A program made the translations under genes and the position numbers. A model generated the notes under the pieces. That model had not been told where the DNA came from and did not search any database. It saw only the letters and a program-made list of their open reading frames with translations. A DNA stretch of 62,178 nucleotides, counting the filler, from Choristocarpus tenellus KU-1152 (taxonomy: Eukaryota; Protista; Phaeophyceae): assembly GCA_964200185.2 (NCBI GenBank). It is 10 parts of 10 records of this genome, joined end to end, with 100 filler letters (N's around TTAATTAATTAA, not from the genome) between each part and the next. Parts side by side here need not be neighbours in the genome. Positions count along the whole stretch, not along the records: positions 44,343 to 59,355 come from CAXNAD020001077.1; positions 59,456 to 62,178 come from CAXNAD020025303.1; 8 more parts are not named here. One strand, 5' to 3'. Below are positions 54,923 through 62,178 of this stretch, in pieces (the stretch's first letter is position 1; every line of letters begins with the position of its first letter).

Positions 54923-56556
54923 ACCCTCGAAATGCTGCCTGTGTGATCAAGTTCCTAGTGGGCCCCAACAAGTTGGACATACGGAGCGACAATGCCATGG
55001 GAGGTGTCTTTGTTGAGAGATGCCGGTTCTTGGAGGAAACGGACTGCAAGGCAAGTAGTTGACTGTTCCGCACAGGGTTTTTTTGTCTTCGGATATATAT
55101 ATATATTTTTTTGGGGGGGAGGTGAGTACTGTGATGATACGCATGTTTTTTTGCTCCACGTTGACAGCAATATTCTGGTCGCCGTTTGTCCTCACTAAGT
55201 GAAGAGACTCTTGTTCTATAGATTTATTTATTTTTGGTGCGTTGGTCATGGCAAGATCGAGTGTTTGAGAGGTGCGGTATGAGAAGAAAAGTCTGTACCA
55301 ATTGGAAAAGCCTGTGTGTCACCTTAACCAATCGGATGCTTTCGCCAGAGATACTGAGGGTGAACTTCCCTATCCTTCCTTCTGCGCGAGTAGGTGCCTA
55401 GTCAGTTACTGAGCAAGTGAGCTCTGCTCACCCGGGGTGGGGTTGCTCTACTTGTAGCCCTGCTTCCAAATGTACACTATTCACAACTCCATTTTTGTCG
55501 TGATCTGCTTGGTTTTCCTAGAAGTGTAGAAGGCGTACCTTTGTCGGTTGTTCCTCAACGCTTGTCTCAGTTGACTGTTTGCCGCTGCATTGGTACAATA
55601 CCATTCTATGAAAAAACGGTCTCACAAGATCAGTATCCGAACGAAAACGTTGACAAGGGAGAGGACAAATTTTATGTTTTTTTAGGTGCGTGCGTGCGTG
55701 CGTGCGTGTGTGTGTGTTTCTCCTCTTGCCCAGCTTCAGTTGAAGAACTTTAGAAGAATAATTGAAACGTTTGGATGAGCTGATACATAATTTTTGTGCA
55801 TGCGTGTGCTGTGTGCTCCGTCAAAAAGAATTCTTCGCAGTACCTCATTTTGATTCTAGTCAGCGCGTCGAACTTGTCTTGGAGCTGTTCCCATTGGTGC
55901 TCGCAAATTCCTTGTCATTCAGAACAGTAGTGCAGACATGTTGGATGTTTGGAGACAAAGATGTCTGGGTAACACAATTGATCCCAGGTTGGTCAGCTTT
56001 CTTGTGATTTTGGTTTAATGTTGTACCTGAGTCTAACAGTGAGTTCGAGGCTATTCTACAAGGTTCCTTCTTGCATAGAATCACAGATGCTTGCCTACAC
56101 AAATACAGTGGCATTGCACCTCAAATTGACACCCTGGAATATTCCAGAATTGAGTTGTTGTAAGTTGAAGTGTTAGGATAGGCAAAGGGCATGAAAGGGA
56201 GGGTTTTAGTCAATGGAATAGTGCACACATAACAACTAGCCGAAGGCACATTTGCCCAGTAATCTCACCCATCTGAACTTGATGCGACCCCCTCATGCAT
56301 GGGGACCATACTGTTTTTGGTTGAGCAGGGGCTATGTACAAACATGTGTAAGGTTCCCACTGAGCGTTTCTTCAAGGACACCCTTGGTCTGCCAGTGTCA
56401 ATGAATCCGGACTTTGATACATACGAGTGCCGGCTCAGTGTCGGACTTGAACCAGAGGAGATTGAGAAGGATGAAACTGTCCCACGAGGGTGTCTGGCTG
56501 GGTGTAGCTGCAAGGCCTTAGGAGCGGACTTGGCCACTACTTGTGCCAAGCAATGA
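48426..56556 (+). CDS. D27: Beta-carotene isomerase DWARF27-like (DUF4033), plastid-targeted, 6 exons, ~277 aa
   Basis: Exons 48426-48614, 49110-49166, 50075-50185, 53527-53676, 54952-55050 and 56329-56556, all phase 0. Motifs YEENLLDK..GYDGLIE..FLVGP..VERCRFLEETDCKGLCTNMCKVPTERFF..GLPVSMNPDFDTYEC. Signal peptide ends GYA|FFSP. Intron 5 is GC-AG. Confidence 0.9.
50734..50910 (+). mobile_element. MITE family B, full-length, with TCTA target-site duplication
   Basis: TCTA|GACCCAAAGTATC..GATACTTTGAACC|TCTA, in D27 intron 3. Confidence 0.88.
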
Positions 56557-56792
56557 CTGTTGCAAGTTGGCAGATTGTAGGGCAATGGGTGCAAAATGCT
56601 AAGTATTTCTTCGTGTGTGGCGGAAGCTTGGGTACAATATATATAGATGTTTGCACGAATGAGTTGTTGTTACATGCGTCTACTTTTGGTACATTCTTCA
56701 ACTACCTCTGCCAATCTGTTATCCAGAGGGCACACATGGCTGTTTGTGTCAAGAAGGTGGATGGACCTGCAGTATATTTCATTCAAGTAGTA

Positions 56793-56794
<2 letters not shown>

Positions 56795-56846
<52 letters not shown>

Positions 56847-56860
56847 TACATACATACATA
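56795..56860. repeat. (CA)n/(CATA)n microsatellite
   Basis: Direct read. Confidence 0.95.
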
Positions 56861-57527
56861 TATATATTATGGTTAGGATTTCTACTTTACCACTATTTTA
56901 TATTTTTTGTTCTGCCCTACCATGATGGCGTGTTGAAATTATATTACACAACAGTTATTTACTTGAAATAATAATCTATCATGCCTGTCCTCCTGCTCAG
57001 CTCTGTTGCTTTGAGTTTCCCAACTGTATTCGTTAGTATCACATGTTTGCTTCTTTTCTGGACAGGTCGATAACTATTCATATTTTTAATAGAACAAGCT
57101 ATGTACTACGATCACATCCAGTACTATGCAGCAATTAATGTTTTTTATTTATTTATAATTTTAACAGTTTCTCCATATATATTCATGGTAGTGCTATGGA
57201 CAGGTCTATGGAGGATGCAGGAGACTGTTAGCAAGAAATGTACTAAGTGGAATGTTACAGGTACTTGCTATAAAGAATTTCTTCAAGCTGAACAGGTACG
57301 CAGGGCATCATCACCTTCCTCGTGGAAATTGGTCACGTAAGACCTTCGAATGATTGCCATTCCTAAAGTGCAGCTCCATTGACTATATGGTCCGTGCATG
57401 TCCCTGCCAACACAAGGACTCCACAACATACAGAATGTCAAGATACGTTGCATACATGAACGTAAGGACTGTAGGAGTGTTTATGTTTTTATCTTCATTT
57501 TTTAATCAGTCCTTCGAGTCTACACTA

Positions 57528-57938
57528 GAGGTACCCAGAGTTGCATTTTAAGGATGGTTACAAACATTCGCAAAATTCGACTGTTCTTACAAATTCGTGT
57601 AGGATTTTTCTGGATCCTGTCGAAAAGTCTCAAACAGCAGAGAAATCAATACTCTCAAAACCCAAAGTATCTGGGGGGGGCGGGGGGTGGGGGGGGTGTA
57701 CACCATTGACCAAAATCAGGAAAAATGCATTTACATTATCCATCCGACGTATGGAATCAAATCACCCAAAAATCACGATATGAAAAAATTGATCCTAAAT
57801 GGACAGCCGCCACCTCCCCTCCCCAGATACTTTGAGCCTAAAGTCAAAACTTACCTCTTCACTCCTAGAAATATTGGTGAATTGCTAATAGATTAAGGAC
57901 TGACATAAAATGCAAAATGACCAAAACGTCGGTACCTC
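57528..57938 (+). mobile_element. MITE family C carrying a nested family B copy (57659-57838)
   Basis: GAGGTACC..GGTACCTC termini. The nested element is flanked by TCAA/TAAA, while paralogs show the empty site CTCTCAAGTCAAA. Confidence 0.85.
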
Positions 57939-59114
57939 TCGTTTACTTTGGTTCGTTTGTTTCCTGGTAGTAACAACACCTCAAAACTACGAAATATAGG
58001 AGGATTCTCAGCAAGTCTGTTGTACAGATGTCCAATTGGTTAAGTAACTTGGTCTGGGACTGCTATGGTTGCATACTAATCCAAGCAAAGGACTCAATTT
58101 GTATAGACTAGCCACTGCTCCAAATGGTGGTGTTTGATTCTGAGATCCTGTCAAAATGTCATGTATTCCAACCCGTGGGGTAGTAACAATGTTATCCATT
58201 TGCCCTTTGCTCTGTGTGCTACCTCTTACCCACAGGTTTGATCAAACTATTTTGAACCGATTTATAATCTTGAAACCTCGGAAAAAAGTATTTCTCAATG
58301 AATCCCATTGCTACCCTAGAATATTTGGTCTTTGGCATTGAACAGCCGATTTCAATAATTGAGGATGGAGCTTTTCAGTGAGGATGGGCTTGACCCAAAA
58401 TTGACTGGGATAAAGTGTTGATATATATATTTTTGTATTATTATTGAAATCGGCTGTTATTGATTGTCTAAGACTAAGGTGAGTGAGGCGGATGGAAGTC
58501 ATTCACACCTTGACACTCAATTCTGATTTCGATTGGAAATATTGCTCACGACAACAATAAGGCAATGCTCAATTAATGCTAACACTAGCCGAGAATATTA
58601 AAATGTCAGAGGGCATAATAATTAAGAAAATAGACTCCATCGTTCTAAATATCGGAAGAGTTGGTCATTCCACCCATTCCAATGTACTTCTCAGAATAGT
58701 CTTGGTTTCTATAGTTCTACGAAACGAAATAAAAATAGTATTAAAATTATCGACTTGAAATGATTCGGAAAAGAGTCGAATTGAACCACTGAGTGCCACA
58801 AAGTGACCGTGAGGAAATGCTGTATGCCACAAGAAGTTTGAAGCGAAACGTGCAGCAGTGTTGAAGCGTCAAACAAAAAAATTGAATATTCGAAAAATTA
58901 CAATCCGCGATCTCGGTTGTTCTTCGATTTCAAACAGTTCGAGTGGACTGAAGCTTTGCGATTCACAGGTCTACGTCTACATCTCTATGATACTTGATAA
59001 CACTAACACTTCAAATTTGAAACGAACATTTCGCAAACTCATGAATTGGAGGCTTTCGTTTAGAGTTGTGAACTGAAAGAATTTAGCATTATTAATTACA
59101 TCTTTTTGAAAAAG

Positions 59115-59355
59115 AGCCAAAGTATCTTAGAGGGTAGAGCCGTGTCCATTTGGAGGTCAAAATCCAATGTTGCAATTTTGATGTAATTTTGGCTATGGTG
59201 TTTGTAGGAAGTGTCAATATCCTTGTTCCGGACACACCTTTTCGTAACATACACATTTTGCCTACTCCGAAACATTTTGGAGTAGAAACGTATCATAAAA
59301 ATAAACATGGGAAGCCAAGCCCCAAATGGACAAACAGGGCAAAACTCGTACCCCA
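59115..59355 (-). mobile_element. MITE family A copy truncated at contig end
   Basis: GAGCCAAAGTATCTTAGAGGGTAGAGCC.. is the reverse complement of 19840-20088. Confidence 0.85.
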
Positions 59356-59455
59356 NNNNNNNNNNNNNNNNNNNNNNNNNNNNNNNNNNNNNNNNNNNNT
59401 TAATTAATTAANNNNNNNNNNNNNNNNNNNNNNNNNNNNNNNNNNNNNNNNNNNN

Positions 59456-59670
59456 TGACATTTTACCTACTCCAAAAGTTTCAGAGTAGGTAAAGCGTAT
59501 ACATTATGAAAGGGTGTGTCCGGAACAAGGATATTGACATCTCCTAACAAACACGATAGCCAAAATTACATCAAAACTGCAACATTGGATTTTGGCCTCC
59601 AAATGGACGCGGCTCTACCCTCTAAGAAAATTTGACTCCAGCGGCTCTACCCTCTAAGATAATTTGACTC
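59456..59670 (+). mobile_element. MITE family A partial copy with tandemly duplicated right TIR
   Basis: GCGGCTCTACCCTCTAAGA.AATTTGACTCCA occurs twice at 59609-59671. Confidence 0.82.
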
Positions 59671-60197
59671 CAGCACAATCTATTTGAAAGTCTGCAGGTA
59701 GAACCATTGCAGCGAAAAATAATAATGTAAAGGTAAAATCAGAAGGCAGCGGGGGTGATCTGGACCAATAGTTACAACTCAACTATCCAGTGCCCCACCT
59801 GTTGTGGCAGCTGTTTTATAAATATTTTTGAACATGCCAGGAGGTTATCAATCTGTCAGGGAGTGGTAACCTCTTCAAATATTGAGAGATTGCCGAACAA
59901 TTTTAGCAGTGAAGCAATGAACCAAAATATTGCCATTTTGATGTGTGTGAGATGCCAATATTACTAGATGTAGGACAAGACCATGACCATGCTTTCTGTA
60001 AAAAAGGGGGGAGAAAATGATGCAATAACAACTACTGAAGACTAGGAAAAGCAGCTTCACCATCAGAAATGGTAGAGCGCACATCAAGTCCATACAGCTG
60101 GAGGAAGATCACGTTCCTATCTCCCCCCCGCCTCCCCCCAGCTATCAACGCTACACTTGCATAGTTGTGCAAGTCCCCTTAGTTTCATCAAGCTCAC

Positions 60198-61790
60198 CAA
60201 GCTGGTGGAAGGCAGTACTTGAGTAGTTGTGTGCATTGGGCCTCATAAACGCCTGCATTCGTATCTGCTACATCCGTGCCCTTTTCTTCTCTTCCTTGCT
60301 CATCTTTCCTATGCTCTGCTCCGACCTCACCACCTTGTACTCCACTCCTCTTCAATCCCTCCCCTGCTCCAGCGGCATGGATGAGAAGGTGTCCTGTAGC
60401 AAGTACCCAGGCATCCCTTCCCGTCGCCAAGTGGTCAAAGAGGTCCAGGTAGGCTGGAGGGAGTCCCAAATACTTCTTCAGCTGCACCCCTCGATCTGCT
60501 GCTGGCTTTCGTCGACGAAGCCAGTATAACGAGCCTACCAGGGGACGCTCAGTTGTCAGTTGTCAGTTGTCAGTTGTGGGTAACTGGCGAGGGCTTTTGA
60601 ATACGGTCAGGAGGGGGTATTTGTCTGGAGGGAGAGTAATGTCTGAGAATAATACAAGTACTAAAAATAACACTACAACAAATGATAACAAAAAAATATA
60701 AAAAAGAAAAATATAGACCACACGATCAGAATTTATTACCATAATCGTAATGTTGTTAGTTGAGAGAGATGTGTATGTGTGTGTGTGTGTGTGTGCGTCT
60801 ATGTCTGTGCCTGTGTCTGTATGTTTCTTTGTGTGTCTGGGTGTCTGTGTTGTTCGTGTGTGTTGTGAAAGGCACAACACATATCGAGCAGGACTATGAC
60901 TTGTGCCTTCTTTCCGATGTCCTTACACTTTGACATTTGCATTTACTTGGGAGACTTTTTGATGTGCATATAAATGCACACATGTGTGCCAAAGCTCAGG
61001 TCGAGTAAGTACGCCTTCTATTGAAGAGTACTTGCTGGTGGAATTAGTTGCAACATAAGAAGGGCTGCATTTGAGACAGACAGACAGACAGACAGAGAGA
61101 GAGAGAGAGATCAAATAACATCACAGCAACTGCCCTAAACAAAGTACAAGCGACTCAGCATTGTTTTGAGAACAAAAGCAAGATCCCTTGGGCCACCAAA
61201 TCAATACACAAGGGAAAAATAGCCCCAGCAATTCTGATTTATTTTAATATTTGTTTCTTGAATTTGCTGCACCATACAAAGTGCTTGTCGCGTCCCCACT
61301 AGGTAGTGCAGTTATCTGAGAGATCCTCACACGATCAGCCCCCACACAAACACATTCCTCTCCAAAGCCACTGGACCCTCACCCCTAGACCACTGCTCAT
61401 CTCCACTTTAATCTGTTCCCACTCTCGCTCACCAATAATCTTTGCACGTAGCAGCCGTTGGAACTGTATAACTGGGAAGAGGAGAGGGGGGTGCTGGTAG
61501 CAGAACCTCAGAATTTGCATAAGCGACAGGTGCTGTGTCTTTGGCTGCATCGCACACCTCTTGACCCCTTCCTCACTGCCCTTTATGGTCTGGAGATCTG
61601 ATATAGTTTCAATGCTTCCACTGTCACTAATCTCCCTCAAAGGAGCTTTGTGTATTCTCCGCGTTGATTTTGAGGCTGTTCCTCCCAGCATGAGTATCTC
61701 CACCAGAAGTTCTAACTCCTTGCTATTGTGGACCTGAATAATATTTAGCACCTCCAGAATCAGCTCTTTGTTGAGGGTAGTGTTGAGCCT
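60198..61790 (-). CDS. Hypothetical protein, candidate exons
   Basis: Protein-like ORF 61335-61790 (..YQHPPLLFPVIQFQRLLRAKIIGEREWEQIK) and candidate exon 60198-60535 with AG/GT ends. The junction is not resolved. Confidence 0.45.
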
Positions 61791-62146
61791 AACCGGGTTT
61801 GGGCTGGTCAAACGATTGTACCTTGGAGATGGGGGAATTGGGGCGTGGAAATAATAGAGCGTAAGGAGGGTGTGGAAGGGCGGTGATGTTTGAGGGTATG
61901 AAGAGCTTGCCAGGGGCATGCGTTCACAACACTGTGAGCATCATAAGAAGTCAATAAGTGAATCACTTTCTTGTGAAAAACGGAGGATACACCACCTCTG
62001 AGCAAATCTAGGTACTATTGAGTAGTACTGTGAATAGATCATGCATGTCAGGTTATTGGTGTTTTAATTAAATTGTGTATACCTCAGGAAGTGCTTGCCT
62101 ACGCCACCTTCTTCCATGTTTTATATGTATATATATATGTGTGTGT

Positions 62147-62178
62147 GGCTCAAAGTATCTTGGAGGGGGTGGCGGCTG
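62147..62178 (-). mobile_element. MITE family B terminus at window edge
   Basis: GGCTCAAAGTATCTTGGAGGGGGTGGCGGCTG is the reverse complement of the family B right end. Confidence 0.75.

Overview
Eukaryotic, intron-rich genomic DNA. It is most consistent with a brown alga or other stramenopile (inference from an 'ASAF'-type plastid-targeting presequence, a brown-algal-type RTE LINE relic and scattered TTAGGG tracts). The window is not contiguous: it is 10 contigs joined by an artificial 100-nt spacer (N44-TTAATTAATTAA-N44), so adjacency across spacers carries no biological meaning. Spliced genes reconstructed by hand from phase-consistent exons: (1) a FAM161-like coiled-coil gene (-), head-to-head with (2) a GH5 exo-beta-1,3-glucanase-like gene (+); (3) a Gln/Pro/Gly-rich gene; (4) the 3' end of BRE1/RNF20-type RING E3 ligase (-); (5) an RI-like LRR gene with a 7.5 kb intron; (6) a complete plastid-targeted DWARF27-like beta-carotene isomerase gene with a GC-AG intron; (7) a hypothetical gene at the right end. 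Mobile DNA: a decayed chromodomain Ty3/gypsy element lacking the integrase core, Copia and RTE relics, a possible SWIM-PHD-Ulp1 Mutator-like relic, a 560-bp foldback palindrome, and three MITE families, two with 4-bp TSDs and one with Sola-like GAG..CTC ends. No CRISPR, tRNA or rRNA is supportable. I found no clearly new biological system; the best leads are the D27-like gene, the MITE families, and telomere-repeat tracts at branch-point positions.
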